A stretch of DNA of 64,000 bases, taken from the human T2T-CHM13v2.0 reference genome, Homo sapiens. This document shows positions 43,140 to 57,620 of this stretch, piece by piece. The DNA lies in the NCBI RefSeq assembly GCF_009914755.1, contig NC_060938.1; one strand, written 5' to 3'. The position numbers were made by a program, and so were the translations under genes. How positions within the stretch are numbered: the first letter of the stretch is position 1; the number at the start of each line of letters is the position of its first letter. The notes under the pieces were generated by a model that was not told the origin of the DNA, did no database searches, and was given only the letters and a program-made list of their open reading frames with translations.

Positions 43140-44335
43140 CACAGTGTGGTGTGAAGATCACCTGAATGAGAATCTTCCTGGGGCGAGAGTGTGATATGGT
43201 TTGGATATTTATCCCTTCCAAATCTCATGTTGTAATTTGAGCCCCAGTGTGAGAGGTGGGACCTGGTGGGTTGTGTTTGGGTCATGGGGGCGGATCCCTC
43301 ATGATCAGCTTGGTGTCCCCCTCTACGGTAATGAGGGACTTCTTGTTCTATGAATTCACTCAGGATCTGATTGTTAAAAAGAGCCTGGCATCTCCTTCCC
43401 GGCTCTGTCTTGTTTCTCTCTCATCATGTGATCTGCACACATCAGCTGCCCTTCCCCTTCCACCATGAGTGGAAGCTTCCTGAAGCCCTCACCAAAAACA
43501 GATGCTGGTACCATGCTTTTTACAATCTGCAGAGCCATAAGCCAAATAAACTTCTTTTTTTCTTTTTTGAGACGGAGTCTCTGCATGATCTCAGCTCACT
43601 GCAACCTCAGCCTCCTGGGTTCAAGAAATTCTTATGCCCCAGCCTCCCGAGTAGCTGAGATTACAGGTGCACACCACCATGCCCAGAACATTTTTGTATT
43701 TTTAATAGAAACAGGATTTCACCATGTTGGCCAGGCTGCTCTCGAACTCCTGACCTCAAGTTATCTGCCTGCCTCGGCCTCCCAAAGTGCTGGCATTACA
43801 GGCGTGAGCCACTGCACCCGGGCTTTTTTTCTTTATGAATTACTCAGCCTCAGGTATTCCTTTGTAGGAAGGTAAAATAGACTAAGACAGGGTGTTTGTT
43901 AAAAACACAAATTCCCGGGGCCCATACCCAGCCCTACTGAATCAGATCCTGAAGAAGGGTCCCAGGAATAAATATTTTAGACACACTCTGTAGTTGATTT
44001 TTTTTTTAAGAGACAGGGTCTTGCTCTGTCACCCAGGTTGGAGTACAGTGGTGCAATCATCATACTCACTGTAACTTCACACTCCTGGGCTCAAGCGATC
44101 CTCACACCTCAACCTCCCAAGTAGCTGGGACTGCAGGCATGCACAACCATGCTCTGCCAGTATTTTAAATAAATATTTTTATAGAGACGGGGTCTCCCTT
44201 TATTGCCCAAGCTGGTCTTAAACTCCCAGCTCCAAGTGATCCTCCCACCTTGGCCTCCCAAAGTGCTGGGATTACAGGCATGAGCCACTGCACCTGGCTG
44301 CAGTTGATTTTTATGCTTATTAAGATGTTGGAACT
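43140..44335. mobile_element. MER5A fossil split by an MST LTR (43192-43889, +, containing an AluS at ~43555-43822, -) and an AluJ (~43998-44298, -)
   Basis: LTR TSD gagtg/gggtg; AluJ TSD ctgtagttgattttt/ctgcagttgattttt; MER5A core ccctactgaatcaga. Confidence 0.75.
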
Positions 44336-44369
44336 GTTTAAAGAAGGAACATTGACTCATGGCTGAGTA

Positions 44370-44383
44370 ATCACCATGGCAAC
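44370..44383 (-). promoter_or_regulatory. RFX X-box-like motif GTTGCCATGGTGAT (reverse complement)
   Basis: Motif match only; TGACTCA at 44353-44359 is adjacent. Confidence 0.45.
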
Positions 44384-44959
44384 TAACGAACCCATCACCT
44401 GAACCATATTCCAAATCATTTTATGTGTACCATCTTCTACTTTAAATGATAGAAAAAAACTATAAAGATCTGGTCAGAAAGTCATCATTTATTCATTAAC
44501 ACAACCTCAGGTCCAGAAGCAGCCTGACATGACAACTTTTCTATCTCAGTTATGATCCCTTCCAGACAAGAGTGATGAGGTCATGGATCCCCTTCAACAG
44601 ACCAGAGATGTGCTTGTCCCAAAGTGGCCTCACTGGGGACACTCTGTCATTCTGCCAGCCTTGCCAATGTGAGATATGTGAGGTGACCCTGCTAAGGGAA
44701 CTGTGGTGAGCTAATTTTATCCCAATCCCTCACCCCATCAAGCACAAGGATATATGAATCAGACAGCAAATCCGAGAAAGAAAAAAAAGGCATTCGGAAT
44801 AATTTTAGGAGGAGGGATGGGATACTTTTAGAACTCCAATATCATGAGAAAGAAGGAGAAGGGAGAGAAGGTGAATTTTCCATTTTCTATTTTCTAAGAC
44901 TGTCTGCAATTTGCTCTTGATAACTCAGTTTGGAATAAAGCTCAGGTGATGGGCCTTTA

Positions 44960-44973
44960 GTTGCCATGGCAAT
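44960..44973 (+). promoter_or_regulatory. RFX X-box motif GTTGCCATGGCAAT
   Basis: 13/14 match to the palindromic GTTGCCATGGCAAC; motif match only. Confidence 0.55.
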
Positions 44974-45266
44974 TACTCAGCTGTGTGCAGCAGCCTCACG
45001 TGTCTCTAATTTTCCTACAGACGCACACTCAAGGTCAGCAGAGGATACGAAATGCTCATCCCAGGCTCCTGGGAACCAAGTTGTACTCTGCCTGGCACAT
45101 GACCAACATTTCTTTAAAATTTATTCCATCCCTTAAAATATTAGTGATTGTTTTTAACATAAAATGAGGTAAATTTGAACTCTGGTGTGCCGAAAATATA
45201 ATTTCATTTTTGCATAACTTATGATTTCTCCCTTTATTCCAATGGGATAGTGGGGAGTTAAGTTAG

Positions 45267-45586
<320 letters not shown>

Positions 45587-46094
45587 CACTCTACTTTCTC
45601 AGAGCTGTGTGAAGGTTTGGCAGGGGAGATGGGTTACACACTGACAAGATTTTTGGAGAGACAGCCTGGGTACACGGATGCCCACTGAGACTGCTCTCCT
45701 TTCTGTACAGGTGGCCATATTTGGCCCTGTGTCTCTCTCTGCTGCTCTGCTCCTTCTTGGGGTGTGCACCTCCCTGAGATGCTGTTTCTGGTCCTCTCTG
45801 AATAGAGGCATCAATGAGGCATCCGCACTCACGGGTCTTGAGGCTTCCCTGGGGTTCTGTCCATGGGGCATAAATGTCACTCTCCAGGACTCACCAAACT
45901 CTCTGCTTTTGTCACTTTCCTTCAACCCCCTCAAATATTTTTCTAGTGTGTAGGGAGAAGGAAAATCCTCTCTCATGTTTCTCCCAAGCATTTTGTCTAC
46001 ACCCTATCCTTTCTGTTGCTCAGAGGCTCAGAGTTTTAGAAACTCAGAAAGACTTTCTCTATTTTCTGGTCTGCTTTATTTCTCCCCTGAGACA

Positions 46095-47203
<1,109 letters not shown>

Positions 47204-47629
47204 TGTCAAAGATAAGACCAGATCAAACTAAAATTTTTAAAAGTTTACTGTCATACAATAAGAAAAATTACAGATCGCAATGCAGGAGACTTGGAACCAG
47301 GTGGTAAGAAGCTGGCCTTATGGCAGACAGCACAGTTTGTAAAGCATAAGAAGAGAGATATTTTGTTCTTTCCTGTGATTGGCCGTTGTACATTATCACA
47401 TTATCATTCTTTTTAGGACAAACAAAGCTCTTTACGCTGATTTGTCTATAGTTGATTGGTTTAATTTCAAAGAATCATGCTGACAAGGATGCAAAGGCAA
47501 GGTTTTGTGTTTATGACTAGAGGAAGGGTTTCAGGGTAATCAGAATGACTTGTTTTGGCTATGCGGCTGCAGGTGGTTGGCCTTGGGGTATATCTAAAAG
47601 GTGGTCTCTGTTTTTATTTTTCTTAACCA
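47204..47629 (-). mobile_element. ERV1 MER4-group-like LTR
   Basis: TG..CA ends; two attgg (CCAAT) boxes; ttggccttggggtatatctaaa end. Confidence 0.5.
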
Positions 47630-48489
47630 GAAACAAGTCAGAAAACCATTGCAGCAACTCAGATGAGAGATAGATCTGGAAGTGGTAAGAAGCGGCCAGA
47701 TGCCAAGGTTAAGGGTGATAACTGTCCTCTACCTGCTTTTTGATTATGTTGGTTAAGTTTCTTCTTTTCCCTACTGCTAAAGTCAGTTGTCACAAACCTG
47801 GGTTTTATAACATGTGACAGGTTTTCCAGGAGCTCTGCTTCATGACAAGCAGAGCACCCTTCAGGGATAATGCAGACAATCATTTGTGCAATAGCCCTTC
47901 CTGGTAGCACGAGTCGTTTAAAAAATGGCTATCTAGTAACTCGATTTTGCAAATGGCCTCAATTTGATCCAGATAATCTATACTTTATTAAATCCTGGAG
48001 TACATGTCCCATCACATGCTGCACCAATTAAGCACTTAAAAAAATTTACATCTAAGTTCTGTAGCCATTTGTCTCTCCTAACTGCTACATGGCAGTCCAG
48101 CTTGTATGTCTCAGAGCAACCTATGACTTTTGAATTAAAGCTCAGCTATTTCCTGGGCATATATTAACATTCATTCTGTCCAATGACCTGGCTATTGTGC
48201 TCTGGTTTAAACTACAGGAATATTGGAACCAGAAAGGGGTGTGGAGGGCCTGGCATCTTACTATTATTCTAGCTGCTTTTTATTAACATTCATCCTGAAT
48301 ATAGACTTTTGTTTTTTTTTTGCCCAAGAGCCATTTAAAGTGTAGTTGCAATTGCTGTATACTTGGAAGAAAGCTTACCTCTTATTTCTACTACTACATC
48401 AGATTCTTCCAGCAACAGCTAAATATCTTAAATATTTTGTTTTAGGTTTCATTTTTTAATCTCTTTAGTTTTTTAGGTGCTGAGATCAT

Positions 48490-49040
48490 GGTTTCTGGTT
48501 GCAAACAATAGAAATCCAGTCTGGCTAACCTGAGTGGAAAAATGAATATATCAAAAGAATGTGAGCTAGGCCACAGAAATGACGAAATGTCTGGATAACC
48601 AGACTCAAAGGACAAGTGGATTGCAGGGGAGGAAAGGGATGGTCGAGGCCACACCACAGGGAGGATCTGCCCAGGACGCTGCCTCCAGCATCACCCAGCA
48701 TCATTGTGGTTCCTGCTATGCTTGGTTTCTGCTCCTAGGACTTTCTCTGCTGTGTGGCTGGACTTGCGTCATCTCTGAAGCCGTTACAAATAATCTCTCT
48801 AATCCTTCATCTTTGCTTCTTTACCTCCAGATTCAGAGGTTGGACAGGAGCATCTGATTGGCCCAGCCTGGATCACAGGCCCAGGCAGTACCTGTCAGGG
48901 AGCTGGGAGAGGATCTTTTTACTTCCTCTGGCCTCCGTAATGGTAGGTGGGCTGTGGCTTCCACCTGACTTAGGATGCCCACCAGATAGAAGAGTTGCCT
49001 GGATGATGGGTGGCAACAGTGACAAATGTTCACTTCGGGT
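48490..49040 (-). mobile_element. Old MLT1 LTR
   Basis: ttctggttgcaa..agaaatcca..; gagcatctgattggcccagcctggatcac. Confidence 0.6.
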
Positions 49041-49221
49041 ACTTAGGTCATTTATCTTCACATCATCCTGCAAAGTAGGTACTATTGTCCCTACTTTAAT
49101 CGTTCAAATCTAAAAGTCCACAGAGGTAAAGCAACTTGGACCCTAGCACGTGTTGTTTCCACTTACTGGAATCTTTCTGCTTCTCCTTCCCACCAATTCC
49201 TCCTTGCTGTTCTGATGCCTG

Positions 49222-49668
49222 CTTTATTATTTTTTTAACTTGTATTGCAGGTTCAGGGGTACTTGTGCAGGTTTGTTATATAAGTGCATTTCATATCACA
49301 GGGGTTTGGTGTACAGATTATCTCATCATCTAGGCAATACCTGATATCATGCTGGATGTGTCATCCAGCACAGTACCTGATAGGTAGTTTTTTGACCTTC
49401 ACCCTCCTCCCACCCTCCACCCTCAAGTAGTTCCCACTGTGTTGTTCCCCTCTTTGTGTCCATTTGTACTCCCAATTATAAATGGGGCCATGTGGTATTT
49501 GGTTTTTTGTTCCTGTGTTTGTTTGCTTAGGATAATGGCCTCCAGCTCTATCCATGTTGCTGCAAAGGATCATCCATTTTCATGGCTGCGTAGTAGTCCA
49601 TGGTGTATATGTGTCACATTTTCTTTAGCCAGTCTACTGTTGATGGGCATTTAGGTTGATTCCATGTC
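49222..49668 (-). mobile_element. L1PA/PB 3' end
   Basis: ggttcaggggtacttgtgcaggtttgttata...ggttgattccatgtc. Confidence 0.85.
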
Positions 49669-50645
49669 AAGACATGAATACTCAGAGGCCTGCTTTAATA
49701 TCACTCTCATGAAAGCCTGAGCAGAACCTACTGGTAAGGTTAAATCCTGCTGTCCAATTCTCATCATGGCCCGTGTTTCCCCTTTGCAGACCTATCACAT
49801 GGAACCAAATAAATATTTAGTGTGTGTTTTCTCCTCAACTAGGATAGAAGCCCCAGAAATGCAGGGGCATTGTCTGGTTCCCTGCTATATCCCCTTTGCC
49901 TCACAGTACTAGGTAGGTGCTCAATAAATGCATGTTGGACATTGATAAAACCAGTGTGCAACCCAGGGATTGGAGACCACTGTTCTAGTCCATAGAAAGA
50001 AGTTTGAAATTTTTGCTTCCTCTTTTGAACCTTCCCTGACCTTTTCTCATTAACCTTTTAAGCACAGTTATTTGATCCTGAGGAAATTACTACTAAGCCC
50101 ATCTGACCACCCATCATTCTCATCTCAACTGGTCTTTGTGGATCTCTGGTCATTTGTTTCATGTATTCTTCAAAAATGAAACTCCGTTTGTTTTAAAATA
50201 GCACCAAATTAAAGAGAAAACGTGAGTGAAAGTTGAAAAGGCAATAAGGATACATTCAGGAATCATGTGATTTTCAGTGATCATATTATCCATATTTATA
50301 AATTTGGAGACCCCAAAGGTCTACAGATATCAACCTCCTAAATGTCCAAAGTCTATGCTACTGTGAATTACCAGCCCCAGTGGCTTAGCCCGTTCCTACT
50401 GCTATAATAAAATACCTGAGACTGGGTGATTTATGAAGAAAAGATTTTTTTCTCTCTCTCACAATTTTGAAGGCTAGGAAGTCCAAGATTAAGCCACCAG
50501 TAGGTTCATTGTCTGGTGAGAGCTGCTCTCTGCTTCCAAGAGGGTGCCTTGTTGTTGCATCCTCCGGAGAGGGACAACTGCTATGTCCTCACATGGTGGA
50601 AGAGCAGAAGAGCTAAAAGGCCCTAGGCGAGTTACCTCTAGACCT

Positions 50646-50960
<315 letters not shown>

Positions 50961-51034
50961 CCTCTAGACATTTTATAAGGCACTCTAGACATTAGTGACT
51001 TCCTCCCTTCCCCAAAGGCCCAACTTCTTAATAC

Positions 51035-51507
51035 AGAAACAGGAGAATAGGGTCTGGAGGCAGGGAACCTAAGGCCAATTCACACTGATTTCCTAGACCT
51101 GAATCAAAAGGAAAACCCCACCCCTCCATGTGCAATTAACAAAAGGGTCAGAGGCTACTCCCTTTGCAACTCCCACCCTTTTAACTGTGGGGCAGAAGAA
51201 AAATGGAAAGTACCTCTGACTGGTCCCCTCCCACAACCAATCAGACTGGTCGAGGGCCAAGTCTTTATTTACATAGGGTGTAACCAAGTAACCAATGATA
51301 AACCTCTAGAGGGTATTTGAACCCCAGAAAATTATTTAACCAGAGCCCTTGGGATTTTTGCTCAAGCCCACTCCCACTCTGTGGAGTGTACTTTCATTTC
51401 AATAAATCTTTGCTTTCGTTGCTTCAGTCTTTCATTGCTTTGTTTGTGCCTTTTGTCCAACTCTTTGTTCAAAATGCCCAAGAATCTGGACGACTCCACC
51501 AGTAATA
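51035..51507 (+). mobile_element. ERV1 solo LTR (MER51-like)
   Basis: caggagaatagggtctggaggcagggaacctaaggcc start; two CCAAT boxes; AATAAA; 4-bp TSD ATAC. Confidence 0.8.
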
Positions 51508-51778
51508 ATACCATTACAGCAGGGTATTTCAACATGAATTTTGCAGAGGACACATTCAAACCGTAGCACATAGGTATCAGCTGGTTGCCTATTTCTTCAA
51601 TTAAATTATAAGCTCCTTGAAGCTGCGTATAAAATGGCTTTTTCTGCACATGTAAACTTCCATAAAGAACCAAACACATTTCTGGTTTCATGGCAGGTAC
51701 TTCTTTATCTCTAATTAATTAATTCCACCTTGAAGATCTTTGCTTACACTGACAGAAGGATTGTGTAAAGATGATAAT

Positions 51779-52270
51779 TGTTGGAGTTTATGAATTTCCC
51801 AAGATGTAAGTCGCCTACCCTACTTCCCAAGATAGAAGTTATCTTCCTTTCCAGCCTTTCTTGCAGGTAGGGAACAGACATATGATCTTGATTTCTCTAA
51901 TCAAACTCACCCACGGGACACTTTAATTTGGAAGAAAACAATAGTAGGAAACAGCTGGATCCAAGAATCCAGTTTTCAGATGGCAGGGGTTAGTGAGGCA
52001 TCCAGCCTTGAAGAACAGAAGAAAGAGAGGTCTGGCAACCAGAATGTGGGGTCAGCTTCTGGTGTGAGCTGCAGTTCTATATCCACTGATGAGAAATGTC
52101 TTTCCTGGAGCTGCCCTGCAGCATGGCTTGCATGTTGCATGGACTCTCAACCTGACTCTAGTCCTCCAGGAATTTCAGTAAATGATCTCATGTCCTTTAA
52201 TAAATTCCTTTTCTGGGTACACTGCTAAAAAGCCTTCTATTTTTCTCAACTAAGAACTCTGACTGGCGCA
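51779..52270 (+). mobile_element. LTR33-like ERVL LTR
   Basis: tgttggagttt...ttccagcctttcttgcagg...taataaattcctttt...aagaactctgact. Confidence 0.6.
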
Positions 52271-52933
52271 AGCTGGGTAGAGAAAGCAGGGATATTTCAG
52301 CTAAGTGTTAGAGTTGAAAAGAATCAGGAATTAGAAACAAAACCTCTGCAAGTTATAATTTAAGTCAGTAGGGGCATGATAGTAGATTTAGAAAATCTCA
52401 GTTTGCTTACAACCTCTCGGAGAGCAACACTACTGAAATAGCATGCTTTAAAATGGAAGGCGGGTATTTGGCAACTAGAAGCTTGTCAAGATATTTTGAC
52501 TGTAAAGTACCCTAGTGGGATGGCACATGGACATTTAAAATAAGGCTACTTTCTCACCCTTATACTGGCACACTGCTTGATGTTATTACATCCCCTTCCA
52601 ATATGAGCTGTTTTCCATTCACCCTCAGATCCCCAAGGCATATAGAATGCGACTTGAGTGTTTCTACATTGAATTCCTGGCAACTGAAGGGGAGATTTTG
52701 AACTATTTGGTTGAGTTGATATTCCTATATTGTAAACAGTTCAGTTTTATTTCTCCTGGGCTATTTTCATAGTCTTGTTTTTCATTTTTAATGTAATCAT
52801 AGTACTAGGTATGATCTAGTTCTGTCAGCTGGGTTCCAGGGCTAAAAGTTAGCACTAGCTCCGGGCTAAATTCTGAGCTAGAATTAATCCTACTGAATTC
52901 TGTCAATAACCCTGCAAGTGAGGTCTTATAGCT

Positions 52934-53231
52934 TCTTTTTTTGTTTTGTTTTGTTTTTTGAGATGGGGTCTTGCTCTGTTGCCCAGGCTGAGAACAGTGG
53001 CACAATCACAGCTCACTGCAGCTTTGACTCCCTGGGCTCAAGTGATCTTCCTATCTCAGACTCCCGAGTAGCTGGGCTACAGGAGTATGCTACCTTGCCC
53101 AGCTAATTAAAAAAAAAAAAAATTGTAGAGGGAAATCTCTCTATGTTGCCCAGGCTCCTGGCCTCAAGTAATCTTCCTGCCTCACCCTTCCGAAGTGTTG
53201 GGATTACAGGTGTGAGCCACCATGCCAGGCC
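52934..53231 (-). mobile_element. AluJ
   Basis: J diagnostics; internal deletion. Confidence 0.88.
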
Positions 53232-53343
53232 TGCTCCTATTTTGTAGATGAAGAAACTGAGACTCAGGAAAGTGATGTTCTAGAATTTAGATAATTCACA
53301 AGCTTTTTAGACATCATAAACCATAATAAAAATGGAAAATATT

Positions 53344-53382
53344 TTAGATTGGTGCAAAATTCTTGACTTTTCACCAACCTAA
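53344..53382. mobile_element. Internally deleted MADE1 (Hsmar1 MITE)
   Basis: ttagattggtgcaaaa...acttttcaccaacctaa followed by TA. Confidence 0.7.
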
Positions 53383-54519
53383 TACCTATTTGCATTAGTT
53401 AGGGTTATCAGTTGGAAGACACAAATTGCTGTAGGTATTTAGGCAGAGGCGAATTTAATATAGGAATTAGGCCACAAGATTATTGGAAGGGCTGTTGAGA
53501 ACAAAAAGCAGGGAGGGATGATGTTATCCAGAGCCCAGAAAATGCAGAAAGCTGCTAACATCCCTGCAGGGGTCCAGGTCCCTGCATTCTACTGGCGGAG
53601 GTGGAAGAAAACTAGCTTCCACTTTCTTCCCACCTTCTGAGTGAGTGCTTCCCAGAAACCATAGTGAGTGCTTCTTGTGACAGAAACTAATGGGGTCTTC
53701 AGGCTTCCTCCCCTGCTTTGCTGGAGAGAGCATGCCAAGGTGGGACCGTGGTTAAGGACCACAGATGATGCCCAGCACAGTGTTTAATCCAAGTTTTCTC
53801 TGTCCACACTAGAGTCCTATTAACAAAAACAAACAATATTTTTCCAGCCACTTTCCCCTTCCACAGTTATGGGGGCTTCCGTTCTCTCTAAGATAGCATC
53901 CTATGATTTCTATGGGTCCTCTAGACTGTCCTCGAGTGCCGGTAAGAACACCACTCTTGGGTTCCATGTGTCAGCTGTTGGGGTCTTCATTTCTGGAGCC
54001 CCGCTGGATGGTGTCTGCTGCCTGAGGAGTTTTGGGGCTGGTGCCTGCCCTGAGTGCCAAGAGCATGCTCTCCCACGGCTTTCCCACCAGCCCTGCTGTG
54101 AAAGGGTCTGGCACCCACTAGAAAGCTCCAGATGCCGTCATGACGTGGTTGTGCCTGCCATCCAGGGCACTGCCACCACCATCCCCGGGAGCTGTCGGTT
54201 CCTCCATGGTATGCCAGTTGAAGATGACAGCATCAACCACCAAGGCTGCCTGGGCCACAGCCTGTCCCCACAAGGTACTGCCTCTGCCAAGTGCTGAGTC
54301 TGTGTGCTATCACCATGCCAAGTTGCCATCTGGTGCAGCCACTGTTGTTGGTTCCATCATCACACTCTGTGGATGTTGCTGAAGGGGCGTTGTACCCATA
54401 CCACACCCCACTGATGTATTCTGGAGAAGTCTTTGCTCATTGCCCCAAACTTACTGCTGCACGTGACCTTGTTCCCAACAGGTTACAGAGCATTCATTTG
54501 AAAAAGTGCTCGTTTACTT

Positions 54520-55080
54520 AAAATAGAACTACCACTTGGCCCAGCAATCCCATGACTGGGTATATATTCAAAAGAAAACAAATCATTCTAACAAAAAGAC
54601 ACATGGACTCGCAGGTTCATCACAGCACTATTCACAATAGCAAAGACATGGAATCAACCTAGGTGTCCATCAGTGGTAAACTGGATAAACAGAATGTGGT
54701 ACATATACACCAGGGAATACTATGCAACCATAAAGAAGAAAGAAATCATGTTCTTTGCAACATAGATGCAATTATTGTAAGTGAACTAATGCAGGAACAA
54801 AAAAGCAAATACTACATGTTCTCACTTACAAGTGAGAGCTAAACATTGGGTAATCATGGACATAAAGATGGCAACAATAGACAATGGAGACTACTAGAGA
54901 GGGGAGGAAGGGAGCAGAGCAAGGGCTGAAAAACTAACTATTGGGCACTTTGCTCAGTACCTGGGTGACGGAATTGTTTGTACCCCAAATCTCAGCATCA
55001 TGCAGCATATCCAGGTAACAGACCTACACACATACCCTCTGAATCTAAAATAAAAGTTGGGAAAAAAAGAAAAAGAAAAA
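54520..55080 (+). mobile_element. L1PB-type 3' end
   Basis: cccagcaatccca..gcactattcacaatagcaaagacatggaatcaacc..aatctaaaataaaagttg plus A tail. Confidence 0.88.
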
Positions 55081-55179
55081 GGGCTCTTTTGGTCTGTTTT
55101 GTTTCTTAAGTTCACCACTCGCCTTTTTCTAGGGATGGGACCTTGGGAGCCTGGGCCTGGAAGAGCACACCTGTTCATT

Positions 55180-55394
55180 CACCACTCATTCATTTGGTCA
55201 ACAAATGTTTATTGAGTCCTAGTATTGCCAGCTCCCATTCTAGGCTCTAAAAATAAAGCAGGCAAAGTTCTGGCCCTCGTGGAGCTTATTGTCAGGTAGA
55301 AGATTGACAGTGAAGGCAGATCATAAGGAAACTAGTAATTTATAACCTATCATGGGGTAATAAATGCCATATCAGAATAGGGAAGATAGAGAGT

Positions 55395-55432
<38 letters not shown>

Positions 55433-57620
55433 GTATTTTAGTGGGGGTTAGGGAAGACCTCCCTGATAAAGGGACATTTGAGCTTTTCTTTCTATTTATT
55501 GGATGTGGCCATCTGCACCATCTCTGTCCCCATTTAATCATTGCAGTGACGTTCCAGCAGCCAATTTTCAGGGGCACAATATCCCCCTGGTCAAACAGAG
55601 TATTACGCAACCACAACAACCATAACAACCCCAACCCCAACAGCTAACATATTTTGAGCATCTGTTACGTGCCAGACACTGTTCTAAATGCTTTGTATAT
55701 GTGACCTAATTTAATCCTTATACTGATTCTATGAGGAAAGTACTATTATTATGTCCATTTCATAATGCGGGAACAATAGGGAGACCAGTGTGCCTGGAGC
55801 AGAGTGATGGCAATGTTATGGGTGGAATTGTGTACCCCTAAAATTTCTATGTTGATGTCCTAATCCCCAGCATCTCAGAACGTAATCATATTTGGAGATA
55901 AGGTCTTTAAAGAGGTAATTACATTAAAATAAGATCTTTAGGGTAGGCCCTAATCAGATGTAATTGATGCCCTTACAAGAAGAGGAATTTGGACACAGGC
56001 ACGTGCATGCACAGAGGAAAGGCACAGCAAGAAGGCAGTCATCTAGAAGCCAAGGAGAGAGGCCTCAGAAGAAACCAAACCTGCTGACGTTTTGATCTTG
56101 GACTTCCAGCCTCTAGAACTGTGACTAAATAAATGTTTATGAGTTAAGCCCCCTCCCCCCACCCAGTATGTGGCATTTTGTTCTGGCAGCCTAAACTGAG
56201 TTAGGCAGCAGGGACAGGGTGCAGTGAGGTGAGGCCAGAGGCCTCAGGATCCAGGTTGTGTAGAGCTTTGCAGGTGGTGGTAAGGGCTTTAGATTCTATC
56301 TGGGAGAGGTAGAAAAGGATGTGAGGGTTCTGAGAAAAGGAATGACATACCTGACCTGATTTTTAAAGCATCATTCTGGCCGTTGGGATGTCAAGGGTAG
56401 AAACATAGAGTGGACCACAATGATCCAGGTGAGAGACGATGGTGGCTTGGCTTGGGTGGTGGCAGTGGAGTCAGGGAGGTGTGAGCAGATTCTGGGTATG
56501 TTTTAGAAGTGGAGCTGCCAGGGATTTGCTGATGGATTGGCTGTCGAATGTGTGAGAAAGAAAGGAGTTACAGATGCCTCCATGGCTTTTTGGCCTGAGC
56601 AACTGAAAGAGTTGATGGAGGGAGAAATCAAGAGTTAAAATTCACTCAGTTCAGTGGCTCATGCCTGTAATCCCAGCACTTTGGAAGCCAAGGTGGGAGG
56701 ATTACTTGAGGATAGGAGTTCAAGACCAGCCTAGGGAATATAGTGAGGTCCTGGCTCTCCAAATATAATAAAATTAGCTGGGTGTGGTGGTATGCACCTG
56801 TAGTCCCAGCTACTCAGGAGGCTGGGGTGGGAGGATTGCTTGAGTGTGGGAGGTCAAGGCTACAGTGATTGTGCCACTGCACTCCAGCCTGTGCAACAGA
56901 GTGAGACTTCCCTGTCTCAAAAAAAAAAAGGAGTTAAAATTCAGCTTGAAATTCCTATCCCAATGGAGCTGTACAGGAGGCAGCTGGATTCAAGAGCTGA
57001 GATTCGGAAGACATGTCCAGGCTGGCACATTTGGGAATTGTCAATGACAAGATGGTATTTAAAGCCATTAGGCTGGATGAGATTACCTAGGAAAGAAATG
57101 CGGATAGAGAAGATAAGCTGTCCAATGACTGTATCCTCCAAACTTTGGAGATGGGGAAAATCAGGAGGATGCAGCAAAAGAGGCTGAGGAGTATGTAAAA
57201 CAGGCTGAGGAGTGGCCAGTGAGTAAGAAGAAAACCAAGAGAGGAAGTGGAGGGCTGGAGGTCCAGTGAAGTGTGTTTCAAGAAGGAAGGTGCTCAACAG
57301 GGTCACATGAATCTGTTGATAGGGTTCGAGGAGAACTTAAATTTGACCATTGGATATAGAGCTCTTTCACTGGAGTGTTAGGCATGAAAAGCTTATGTGA
57401 GAGGATCAAGAAAAACCAAAAAGAGAGATGTTGAGCCCGTAAAACTAGATAACCAACCCTTTCAAGGTATTTTTCTGTAAAAGGGAGGGAGGGATTGGCA
57501 GCACCTGGATTGTAGACGTTAGGTCAAAGGAGGTTTTTATTTCTGTGTTTTGATTGTGTTTTGTTTCTAGATAGGCAGTGTACGACGTGTTTATATGCTG
57601 ATAGAAATGATCCAGCAGAG
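55180..57620 (-). mobile_element. Long L2 remnant interrupted by (GT)n (55398-55429), MIR, an MLT1 LTR (~55814-56205, +) and an AluJ (~56650-56929, +)
   Basis: cattcatttggtcaacaaatgtttattgag L2 end; MLT1 start tgttatgggtggaattgtgtacccc; Alu TSD gagttaaaattca. Confidence 0.75.

Noticed and set aside
45599-45991. 130-aa minus-strand ORF
   Set aside because: No recognisable domain or supporting exon structure; probably chance in GC-richer sequence
53869-54297. Processed pseudogene
   Set aside because: No recognisable parent protein, poly(A) tail or TSD
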